A stretch of 64,000 nt of DNA from positions 1 through 64,000 of the forward strand of contig JBDGUI010000014.1 of assembly GCA_042216015.1 (NCBI GenBank), written 5' to 3'. This document shows, piece by piece, positions 50,883-59,150 of the stretch. Within the stretch, counting starts at the first letter, position 1. Every line of letters starts with the position of its first letter. The DNA comes from Halodesulfurarchaeum sp. (GTDB lineage: Archaea > Halobacteriota > Halobacteria > Halobacteriales > Halobacteriaceae). The position numbers were made by a program, and so were the translations under genes. The notes under the pieces are model-generated. The model worked only from the letters and a program-made list of their open reading frames with translations. It was not told where the DNA came from and searched no databases.

Positions 50883-51079
50883 GGAATCGCTGACCGTCGC
50901 CGCCGATATAAGTGGGACGACTCGGCGCGATCATCGGCTTTTCCGGAGCCAGGCGACGGAAAAATTGACTGAGCAACTCTTTCCCACCGATACCCGCGCC
51001 GGACGCCTGGATTCGAATCCAGGGCTCTGCCAATTTGCATCGGGAGGTTTAACAGTCCCCTCGGCATACCGAAAATCAC

Positions 51080-51154
51080 GGGCGCTTAGCTCAGCTTGGA
51101 CAGAGCACTTGGCTTCGGACCAAGGGGTCGCGGGTTCAAATCCTGCAGCGCCCA
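51080..51154 (+). tRNA. tRNA-Arg (anticodon TCG)
   Basis: Acceptor GGGCGCT/AGCGCCC, anticodon stem CTTGG/CCAAG with loop CT-TCG-GA, and T-loop GGTTCAAATCC. Confidence 0.96.
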
Positions 51155-51380
51155 TAGTCATTTTCGCTGCGCGAAAGCCACATTCTTCCATGAAGCGAAG
51201 TGGATGGACTGCCCGTGTGGATCGTTACAAATTCGGGGTACGGCCTTCGCAGCCGCGTGGCGAGGCCAACGGCCCCTTATAAAGAAAACGAAAGAAATCG
51301 AAGTATTTGAAGAGGAGAAAGTAAAAAGAGTTGAAAATACAGGTGGATCCTTTCAAGTGAGGGGGCGGTAGGGTTCCTGC

Positions 51381-51830
51381 ATGCAGCGGTCAGATCCTGA
51401 CCCCGAATCCACCGAGGACAGTGATGGGAAAGACACACTAGCGTCAGGAACCCTTTCCCGTCGTCAAATGCTCGGGAGTGCAGGGGCGATCACCCTCACC
51501 TCGCTTGGCGGGTGTACAGGGGTTCTCGGCAGTGGAGGGGAGAAATCGGTATCCTATCGTCACAGATACAAGATGGAGGGACTCTCTCCGGCGGCCAACG
51601 TTGCTGGCGTCGAACTGGGAACCTGGGCATCGGAGGGATTGGATGTCACGTTTCATGAATCATCCGGCTCGCAAGCCACCGTCCAGGCAGTCAGCGGTGG
51701 CAAAGACGAGTTCGGGAATGCGTCGACGGCGGCCATTCTTCAGGGAATCGAGGAGGGCGCTCCACTCACCGTCTTTGGTCACGTTCTCGAACCGATGAGC
51801 GGGGTGGTCTCCCTCGAAAAGACCGGGATC
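51381..51830 (+). pseudogene. Tat-lipoprotein ABC substrate-binding protein (NMT1/SsuA-like), 3'-truncated
   Basis: SRRQML Tat motif, LGGC lipobox and EGLDVTFHESSGSQATVQAVSGG. Resemblance is lost after GVVSLEKTGI. Confidence 0.7.
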
Positions 51831-52051
51831 GCCGTGAACGGATACTTCTCCGGATCCTCTCGGGAGGAAAGATACGTCGCAAGACCCAGTTCACTGACGT
51901 CGAACTCCTGCCGGCGGGCGAACGGTGGGTGTCGGCGTGGTGGATAGGTGACCGTAGTCGTCAGATCGATCCCTCTTGGCTCGACTTCGCCCGTGAGTAG
52001 CGCCCGGTTGAGATCGCTATTGTCGCAGCTCAGAGTGAGGTCGAGGGTCAT
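51816..52051 (-). pseudogene. 4,5-dihydroxyphthalate decarboxylase-like (periplasmic-binding fold) N-terminal fragment
   Basis: LTLSCDNSDLNRALLTGEVEPRGIDL...EFDVSELGLATYL...FTAIPVF, then an abrupt break. Confidence 0.7.
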
Positions 52052-52396
52052 TTCGTGATCGTTACATTCAATTTGCCAATAAGTCTTCGAAATGGCGTGA
52101 CCGTCGATGAGTTGACGGTGAGAGGGGGAGCTAGCGAACAGCTTTGCTTATCAAAATTTCCGGGTTCATCCCCTGGAACAACGGTGGAGCCGGTACCGAC
52201 GAGGCTGGCTGCAGATCTGCTTGCATCGTCCCTCACCTTCGAATGAGCAGAAGTGGATAGACTCGTCGGAGTTAGACTATCGGATCATAGATACGCGATG
52301 TCGAAGCGTACTGTCGTCCTCCGAGCCGCACGACACCCACGAAGGTTTATGTCGCCACTCCAAGTAGGCACATCCCCCAGGGTGGGGAGTGACCGC

Positions 52397-52746
52397 ATGA
52401 CAAACACCGAAGCCGTCTTCGAGCACCACGTCGACGCGTTCGGGAATCAGGATCTCGAGGAGTCATGGTCGATTACACCGACGACTCCGTCGTCGTGACC
52501 AATTTGGGGATTTTCAGGGGCCGATCGGAAATCGAGGGGCTGTTCACCGACCTCTTCTAGGAATTCGTCAAAGAACCCACGACGCTCGAGGTTGACGAGA
52601 TGATCGTCGAGGGGGAGTTCGCCTTTCTCCGCTGGGACGCCGAAACGCCGGACAACGTCTACGAATTCTGTACGGACACCTTTCACATCCCCGACGGAAC
52701 GATCCAGTTCCAATCATTTGCCGGGAAAATCGAACCGAAGGAATAG
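52397..52746 (+). pseudogene. SnoaL/NTF2-like protein with frameshift and internal stop
   Basis: MTNTEAVFEHHVDAFGNQDLE, frameshift near 52460, VMVDYTDDSVVVTNLGIFRGRSEIEGLFTDLF, TAG at 52558, then EFVKEP...QSFAGKIEPKE*. Confidence 0.8.
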
Positions 52747-52814
52747 CGAAAATTCCACTTCCCAGTCTCTGGAACGGTATCACCGATAATCACGATGCTT
52801 GAACCGCCCGGTAC

Positions 52815-52952
52815 TCAGGCGACCTGCTGGCGCTTGATGTCGACGTGGTGCCGTTCCTTCCGGGAGTGCCGTTCCATGGCGTCTGCCGCCTCGATTTGAT
52901 CGTCACCTTCGAACGTCCAGCGGCAATCGGTGCAGGTGGCAACCCAGTTCAT
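52815..52952 (-). CDS. Zinc-finger microprotein, CxxC...H-x5-H (45 aa, below the ORF-track cutoff)
   Basis: Hand translation: MNWVATCTDCRWTFEGDDQIEAADAMERHSRKERHHVDIKRQQVA*. Confidence 0.7.
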   Translation of the reverse strand: MNWVATCTDCRWTFEGDDQIEAADAMERHSRKERHHVDIKRQQVA

Positions 52953-53172
52953 GAGTGATTGTTCCGGGTATCGTGCCGGACAGGTCCAACCCGCGTGATG
53001 CTTGGTATGGGGGGCATGGGCTTGGAGCGGACGGCTCCGCCCTTACAGTACGATTAGTTGGTAAATTCAAATATCCTCCCCATGCACGGTGAAAGTGAAG
53101 GTAAACACGCAGCATCGGGAACGATTCGATGCTGGGGGTACTATTTTGGCGATGTGGACGTATTGCAGAAAC

Positions 53173-53493
53173 ATGGGATATACCAAAACGAACGCCCACG
53201 AGGTCGAACCGGTCAGCGAGGGAATGCACTTTCTGCGAGACCCACTCGAGTGTGAGAAGGTGGGGGTCACTCTCCTCGAGTGCGACCCCGGGTGGACCGG
53301 CATGGAACACGATCATGGAGAGGAGGACCACGAGGAGGTGTACCTGCTTCTGGAGGGAAGCGCCTCGGTGAAAATCGACGACGAGGACGTAAACATGGAA
53401 GCGGGAGACGCGGTTCGGATCGACCCCGCCGCCACCCGTCAAATTCAAAACGGTTCCACCGAGAGCACGTTCGTCCTGGTCGGGGCTCCCTGA
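53173..53493 (+). CDS. Cupin domain protein
   Basis: EHDHGEEDHEEVYLLLEG and GDAVRIDP...RQIQN. Confidence 0.88.
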   Translation: MGYTKTNAHEVEPVSEGMHFLRDPLECEKVGVTLLECDPGWTGMEHDHGEEDHEEVYLLLEGSASVKIDDEDVNMEAGDAVRIDPAATRQIQNGSTESTFVLVGAP

Positions 53494-53578
53494 TCACTCG
53501 GGAAGGGGCTCACGACTTGCTGGCGACACCGCTCGCCCCAAACCCACTATTTTATCCGCTACCGGTTCAGGGGAGGGT

Positions 53579-54049
53579 ATGCTCAAAGAAGGGCCAAGTG
53601 CCCCGGGATTTACGCTGCCGAACCAGGCGGGTTCGGACGTCGCCCACTCCACGTTCGAAGGACAATTCGTCGTCGTGTCCTTCTACCCCCGTGCTGATAC
53701 CCCCGGCTGCACGACCGAAGCCTGCAGTTTTCGAGATAAATGGGGAAAATTCGAGACACAGCACGTTCCGGTCCTCGGTATCAGCGACGATCCCGTCGAG
53801 GACCTCGCCGATTTCGCCGACAGGGACGGTCTCCCCTTCGACCTGTTGAGCGACGAGGACGGGTCGGTTGCCAGGGCCTACGATTCGCGCGGTGAGAAAA
53901 ACGTGTTCGGGAACGAGGTCGAGGGGACGTTCCGCAATACGTCCGTCATTGCTCCCGACGGGCCGATCGCCGCAGTCCTCGAGGATGTCGATCCCGAGGA
54001 ACACGCCACGGACGTTCTCGAAGAGATCGAAGCCCAACAGGGAACGTAG
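53579..54049 (+). CDS. bcp: Peroxiredoxin BCP (PrxQ)
   Basis: FYPRADTPGCTTEACSFRD and LPFDLLSD. Confidence 0.93.
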   Translation: MLKEGPSAPGFTLPNQAGSDVAHSTFEGQFVVVSFYPRADTPGCTTEACSFRDKWGKFETQHVPVLGISDDPVEDLADFADRDGLPFDLLSDEDGSVARAYDSRGEKNVFGNEVEGTFRNTSVIAPDGPIAAVLEDVDPEEHATDVLEEIEAQQGT

Positions 54050-54296
54050 AAGAGTCATGGGGGAGACGAGTGACGGCCTTTGCCATCGCCCTGCATCCAG
54101 TTTGGAATCGGTCTGCAATGAACGGGGCCTCGAGAATTTGACGGGTGCCCGACGCCGTTCGTGATTGCCGGGAATCAGAGTGGAGCCAGAAAATGTAAAA
54201 TGGCCTATATGACTGTCGGGCCCTGAAAATCGGCCCGATTACCGGCCCCGGCTCAGCCGTTCCACCTCACAAATCTCGGCCCGAGTAGTACCACTC

Positions 54297-54500
54297 CTAG
54301 CCGGCACTTTCGTCCTTGAGCCACGCTGCTCGGTCGATCGTGTAACCCCCACACTCCGGACACTCCTGATACTGCACTGCAAGCTCCGCCCCGCACTTCA
54401 CACACCGATACGGTGTGTCTTCGGGGGATTTGCCCCCGAATATTCCCCGGAGAATGGGGAACGAGCGGATCGATTTCACACGTGAATTTAGTATCGCCAT
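54297..54500 (-). CDS. Small CPxCG-related zinc-finger protein
   Basis: YRCVKCG...ECPECGG. Confidence 0.75.
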   Translation of the reverse strand: MAILNSRVKSIRSFPILRGIFGGKSPEDTPYRCVKCGAELAVQYQECPECGGYTIDRAAWLKDESAG

Positions 54501-54860
54501 CGACTAAATACCCCAAGATCTTTCAATCGCTGGCAGGCGGGCAGATTGGGAGTTTTCGAAGGATTGTGGCCTGGAATTGAGCCACAAATCGAAATATTTC
54601 GGCCACCGTTCGACCGGGTGTGTTCGAACCGAGTGTGTCACACCCCTCAATTTCCCAATCAATTCATCTCTGAGACCAAGTCGGCGAGAAGGCCACATGC
54701 TCTGGTATCGTTCGGGTGCATCTTTTCGATCAAGGGGTCGGAGACCCGACTCGCTTCGGCCCGTCAACCACGCTTCACTTTCACCGTGCTTGGGAGAGGA
54801 ATATATAGGGGCACGGTGATCGTGTACCCAGGGAAACAGCGACGGTCCCTCTTTGCAGCT

Positions 54861-55016
54861 ATGCCAGGCCAAACGTCGATTCAGGGGCGGTGTCCGAACT
54901 GTGGTGAGTCCATCGACGATCGGGACGTCCTCATCAGTTACGAGCTTCCGAGCGGAACCGAGTATTACGCCGAGTGCCCGAGCTGTCTCGAGGTCGTCCA
55001 TCCCGAAAGAAAGTGA
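54861..55016 (+). CDS. Small CPxCG-related zinc-finger protein (51 aa)
   Basis: MPGQTSIQGRCPNCGESI...YYAECPSCLEVVHP, the C-terminal part of the 156-aa ORF-track frame. Confidence 0.8.
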   Translation: MPGQTSIQGRCPNCGESIDDRDVLISYELPSGTEYYAECPSCLEVVHPERK

Positions 55017-55107
55017 GTGAGTGCCCGGTGCTTTCGACGGTATCGAGGGGAGGAGAGATGTTGGCAATCCCGATAGCTTATCCCGCCGTGGACCCAACAT
55101 CGATGAT

Positions 55108-55563
55108 ATGAGCGAAGAGCGAGTGATCGATCTCCTTCGGAAGGCCTACGGTGACGAGATGGAAACGGTCATGAACTATCAGACGAACGCGATCGTTCTC
55201 GATGGCGTTCGGGCCGAAGAGATCAAAGAGAGCCTGCAGGTAGACATTCAGGAAGAACTGTCCCACGCCCAGCAACTCGGCAACCGACTCAAACAGCTGG
55301 ACGCCCGTCCACCGAGTTCGGCCGATTTCACTCCTCGACAGGAATCGCTTCAGCCACCGACCGACTCGACTGATGTCCTCTCGGTGATTCGGGGGGTTCT
55401 CGAGGCCGAGGAGGACGCGATCGAGACGTATCGATCGCTCATTGCCGCAGCCCGCACCGCCGACGACCCAGTCACCGAGGACCTCGCGGTGACAATTCTC
55501 GCAGACGAGGAGGCCCACCGAACCGAATTTCGGGGCTTCGAGAAGGAATACCGGAACGGCTGA
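55108..55563 (+). CDS. Ferritin-like (bacterioferritin-type) protein
   Basis: DEMETVMNY, EELSHAQQL, EEDAIETY and ILADEEAH diiron ligand pattern. Confidence 0.88.
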   Translation: MSEERVIDLLRKAYGDEMETVMNYQTNAIVLDGVRAEEIKESLQVDIQEELSHAQQLGNRLKQLDARPPSSADFTPRQESLQPPTDSTDVLSVIRGVLEAEEDAIETYRSLIAAARTADDPVTEDLAVTILADEEAHRTEFRGFEKEYRNG

Positions 55564-55589
55564 TTTCGAGTTTCTCACGGAAACACCAC

Positions 55590-55829
55590 ATGATAGAACT
55601 ATACAGCCTCACCGGATGCCCGTACTGTGCGAAAGTCGAGGGGAAGCTGGAGGAACTCGGACTGGAGTACGAACGCCACGACGTTCCCAACCTTCGCTCC
55701 CGGCGCGAAACGGTAACGGAGGTCAGTGGCCAGACAGGCGTCCCAGTCCTCGTCGATCCGGAAAACGACGTCTCGGGAATGCCGGAAAGCGACGACATCG
55801 TGAAGTATCTCGAACGGACCTACGGGTAA
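55590..55829 (+). CDS. Glutaredoxin family protein
   Basis: GCPYCAKV, SGQTGVPVLVD and ESDDIVKYL. Confidence 0.9.
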   Translation: MIELYSLTGCPYCAKVEGKLEELGLEYERHDVPNLRSRRETVTEVSGQTGVPVLVDPENDVSGMPESDDIVKYLERTYG

Positions 55830-55899
55830 GCCAGTGCCAACTCCAATCGGAGGAGACGATATCCAATCCCTTTTCCGGATGATGGCCCGTGGGGAGGAC

Positions 55900-56368
55900 A
55901 TGTCAATCGAATCCGGCGATTCGGTGACCATCGAATATACGGGCCGGCTCCCAGACGGCACAGTCTTTGACACCTCCCGTCGATCCGTCGGCGAGAAAGC
56001 GGGACTGACCGACTCGGACCCGGATCGGGAGTACAAGGCCCTGACTGCGACGGTGGGGACCGACGAGTTCATCGAGGGGATCGACGACGCACTGCTCGGC
56101 ATGAAGGAGGGAGAATCGGTGACGGTCGAACTCCCAGGATGAAGCATACGGCGAATGGACGGACGAGCGCGTCAAAGAGTACGAGACCGACGAACTCGGC
56201 CCAAAGCTTGATGAGGAGATCCCCGAGGAGGGAACCTATATTCAGACGGAAGACGGGTCGGTGGGGGAGATCGTCGCCGTCGATGAGGGCTCCATTCGTG
56301 TCGACTTCAACCACAGGCTTGCGGGTGAATCTCTCACATTCGATCTCGAAGTCATCGACGTCGAGTGA
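55900..56368 (+). pseudogene. slyD: FKBP-type (SlyD-like) peptidyl-prolyl isomerase with a frameshift near 56137
   Basis: The first frame reads YTGRLPDGTVFDTS...GESVTVELP and stops. The +1 frame continues DEAYGEW...VDFNHRLAGESLTFDLEVIDVE*. Confidence 0.82.
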
Positions 56369-56441
56369 GCCTCGAAGCGACGGTGGACACGGCGCGTGGA
56401 GGACCGATTCGTCCGACAGCGAGCTGAATGCCAATGCGGTC

Positions 56442-56702
56442 TCAGACTGTACCCGGTTCTCTCGCGGCGCCCGCAGAAGTCCCGTCGGTGTATAGATACA
56501 GTCGGCAATGCCCGTGAGAATAGACGAGTTCAGTCACCGATTCAGTCCGCTTGAGTTCTTCAAGCGCCTCTCTGGGGGGCCGAGGCCGAAGGGTCGTGTT
56601 CTCGAGGAGGTCCCGCCGTGTGAGCGGCGCGTTCGTTCGAAGTTCCCGGTAGATGATTTGGACGTTCGGTGGAACCTCATCGCAGTCGCCTCGCGAATTC
56701 AT
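56442..56702 (-). CDS. Diverged small winged-helix protein (similar to 13592..13852); possibly degenerate
   Basis: EVPPNVQIIYRELRTNAPLTRRDLLENTTLRPRPPREALEEL parallels DLPPSAKLVLKVLEYNGGLTQKQIVDKSRLSQRTVRDALDRL. Confidence 0.55.
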   Translation of the reverse strand: MNSRGDCDEVPPNVQIIYRELRTNAPLTRRDLLENTTLRPRPPREALEELKRTESVTELVYSHGHCRLYLYTDGTSAGAAREPGTV

Positions 56703-56878
56703 ATGTGAACGGTGGCATCCGTCGTGCCCAAGGACAGGTTCCAACTGATTGGGTGGCTTTAAGCACTCGTCTCTCGATCGGTCCGAGCAGTACGGGCGGT
56801 TTTCGTGCGTGACCAACGACCTGCCAGACACCAAATGGAAGGGGAATCGATTTGTCGCATGTACCCCGCTTTCGACAC

Positions 56879-57793
56879 GTGTCAACGAGTTTCGCCGGGC
56901 TGGAACGGCGGCCAACCCCGCTCATCGCGCTCGGAATCGCGATGGTTGCCATTAGCACGAGTGCGATTCTCGTCCGACTGAGCGAGGCGCCGAGTCTCAT
57001 CAAAGCGTTCTATCGATCGCTCTTCACCACTCTCTTCCTGGCTCCGCTGGCGCTTCCCTACCGCGAGGAATTCGACCTGATTTCCCGCCGAGATGGGGGC
57101 TTCGCCGTGGCTGCGGGCGTCGCGTTGGCGGTTCACTTTGCCGCCTGGTTCGAGTCTCTCGAGTGGACCAGCATCGCCGCTTCGGTGACCCTCGTCCAGA
57201 CCCAACCCATATTCGTCGCGATCGCCGCCTGGGCAGTACTCGAGGAACGGCTCACGCCCAGGATGGTCGGCGGGATTCTGACGGCCCTCGTTGGATCGGT
57301 GCTCATGTCCGGGAGCGGGTTGCTAGAGAGCGGTGGCATCGGGGCGAATCCGCTCTTGGGGAATGCACTCGCGCTCCTCGGCGCGGTGATGGCTGCCGGC
57401 TACGTGCTTGCCGGACGGTCACTCCGCCAGCGGATGTCGTTGATTCCCTACGTCCTGATCGTCTACGGCGTCGCGACGGTGGTCCTCTTCGTCCTCGCCG
57501 CGAGTGGTGGCCACCGGTTCACCGGCTATCCGGGGCGGGAATGGGTCCTCTTTCTGGCCATGGCGATCGGCCCAGGAATCCTCGGTCACACGCTCATCAA
57601 CTGGGCACTCGGGTACGTCGAATCCACGGTTGTGAGTGTCACACTTCTCGTGGAACCACTCGGGAGTTCCCTCCTGGCCCTCGTGATCTTTTTCGAGGTC
57701 CCAAGTCGGTGGACCATCCTCGGTGGGATGATCGTCCTCGTCGGCATCTTCGTGACGGCCCGGAGTCGCCAGGCCGGGCACCCATCCCAGTGA
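56879..57793 (+). CDS. DMT/EamA family transporter
   Basis: About 10 TMs, with AISTSAILVR, HFAAWFESL, GHTLINWAL and EPLGSSLLA. Start is uncertain. Confidence 0.9.
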   Translation: MSTSFAGLERRPTPLIALGIAMVAISTSAILVRLSEAPSLIKAFYRSLFTTLFLAPLALPYREEFDLISRRDGGFAVAAGVALAVHFAAWFESLEWTSIAASVTLVQTQPIFVAIAAWAVLEERLTPRMVGGILTALVGSVLMSGSGLLESGGIGANPLLGNALALLGAVMAAGYVLAGRSLRQRMSLIPYVLIVYGVATVVLFVLAASGGHRFTGYPGREWVLFLAMAIGPGILGHTLINWALGYVESTVVSVTLLVEPLGSSLLALVIFFEVPSRWTILGGMIVLVGIFVTARSRQAGHPSQ

Positions 57794-57893
57794 CTCGAGA
57801 GCGGGCCATTCGGGCGGAATCCCGATCGGTCCACCGTCCTCGGTTGATTCGAATCGTCACGCACTTGGGCACCCATCGCGAATCGACGCCTGC

Positions 57894-57967
57894 GCCGCGG
57901 TAGCTCAGCCCGGCAGAGCAGTTGATTTGTAATCAACTGGTCGAGGGTTCGAATCCCTCCCGCGGCT
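57894..57967 (+). tRNA. tRNA-Thr (anticodon TGT)
   Basis: Acceptor GCCGCGG/CCGCGGC, anticodon stem GTTGA/TCAAC with loop TT-TGT-AA, and T-loop GGTTCGAATCC. Confidence 0.96.
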
Positions 57968-58084
57968 TAGATCTTTAGGTTTAGAGCCAAACTTATATAG
58001 GAATCTAAAGTCTGGGGGTGTTCTCCCTTGACTCTCGAAAAGCGTCGGTTCGAGGGTCGAGGAGTTGTCGAAGTTCGTCTCGTA

Positions 58085-58603
58085 TACTGACGGACATAAA
58101 TAATCACTCACATTAGGAACGGCAATTGACTCAATCGCGGTCCAGATCGCGGGACGCAACTCGTCAAGGGACTCAAAGAACCGATTCCCAAGACGTCGTT
58201 TTAGCTGTCTCCAGCACTCTTCTACCGGATTCATGTCTGGCGATCCGGTCGGCAAATACGTCACTTTCAGCGCCGACTCATCGATGAATTTCTGGACTTT
58301 CTGTGACGTAAAATACGTCGCATTATCGAGAATTACGTGTAACTGTTGCCCAAATTGGGTTTGAAGAGCCTTCAAGAACTCGATGGTAACGTCGCTCTTG
58401 AACGAGTCTGCGACCTCGGTCACGAACAATTCATCGTCCTCGGTGACGGCGCCAAGTAACTTTACGCCATCGTACGTTTTCCAATACGGCAACCCGATGC
58501 GCTTGCCTTCCGGGAACCACGCTCGATATAGCTCACACCCGACGGCTTTCCGCGTTTGATCGATTGCTACTGTCGTATACTCCTCAGGAAGATTACTCGT
58601 CAG
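58085..58603 (-). CDS. IS630 transposase OrfB (DDE part), in the +1 frame after the A7 run; no stop codon inside the IS
   Basis: TTVAIDQ, VILDNATYF and YLPTGSPDMNPVEECW. The frame reads through to 57905. Confidence 0.85.
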
Positions 58604-59099
58604 TTTTTTTGAGGTCTTCGCGAAACTCTTCGCGTTCGTCCTCGTCAGCGGTCGGCGGTTGCGGCCTCGGGGTCTGCCAGCTGAGACCCGCTTCCTTCAA
58701 TAATCGCCGGACGTGACGGAGTGTGTACTCGACGCCGAACTCCTCTTTGAGATAGTGGCGAGCTATCTTCGGCGTCCAAGCCGGTGCGTCGATCCCGACC
58801 TCGTCAGGCGGTTTTTGGAACGCCTCTTCGAATTGCTCGCGTTGCTCGTCGGTGAGTTTCGTTGGTCTTCCAGGACGTGAATCATCGTAGATAGCCTCCA
58901 TGAGCGGCTCTTCCTCCATTTCGTTGAACCAACGATAGATGAGTCGCTCGCGGAGATCGAACCAGTCGGCGATCATCGGAACCGATGGACCCTGTTTGTA
59001 CGAGATCGCTAGCATCAGGCGCTGTGTTGGCTTTTTCTCGTCAACCTGATCGAGCGCATCATGGAGTTGCTCTAGCGAGAGATTCTCTAGCTTGGGCAT
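58593..59099 (-). CDS. IS630 transposase OrfA (HTH part)
   Basis: RPGRPTKLT, WTPK and RRLLKEAGLSWQTPRP. Ends just after the CTCAAAAAAA run. Confidence 0.88.
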   Translation of the reverse strand: MPKLENLSLEQLHDALDQVDEKKPTQRLMLAISYKQGPSVPMIADWFDLRERLIYRWFNEMEEEPLMEAIYDDSRPGRPTKLTDEQREQFEEAFQKPPDEVGIDAPAWTPKIARHYLKEEFGVEYTLRHVRRLLKEAGLSWQTPRPQPPTADEDEREEFREDLKKTDE

Positions 59100-59150
59100 A
59101 CAATATCTATCTAGCTCAAGCTAGTAAGTTCTGTCGATTATTATTGTCTC

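Noticed and set aside
51279..51340. Purine/A-rich tract downstream of tRNA-Arg
   Set aside because: No periodicity or credible ORF. Probably a degraded spacer or promoter region.
52558..52560. In-frame TAG in the SnoaL-like gene as possible pyrrolysine or readthrough
   Set aside because: The same gene also has a frameshift near 52460 and lies among pseudogenes. Simple decay explains it.
54608..54643. Imperfect direct repeat GTTCGA(A)CCG(G/A)GTGTGT between the divergent zinc-finger genes
   Set aside because: Two short imperfect copies could arise by chance. There is no independent support.
51155..57893. Intact integrative element or provirus at tRNA-Arg
   Set aside because: No integrase, no viral genes and no duplicated tRNA 3' end were found by eye.
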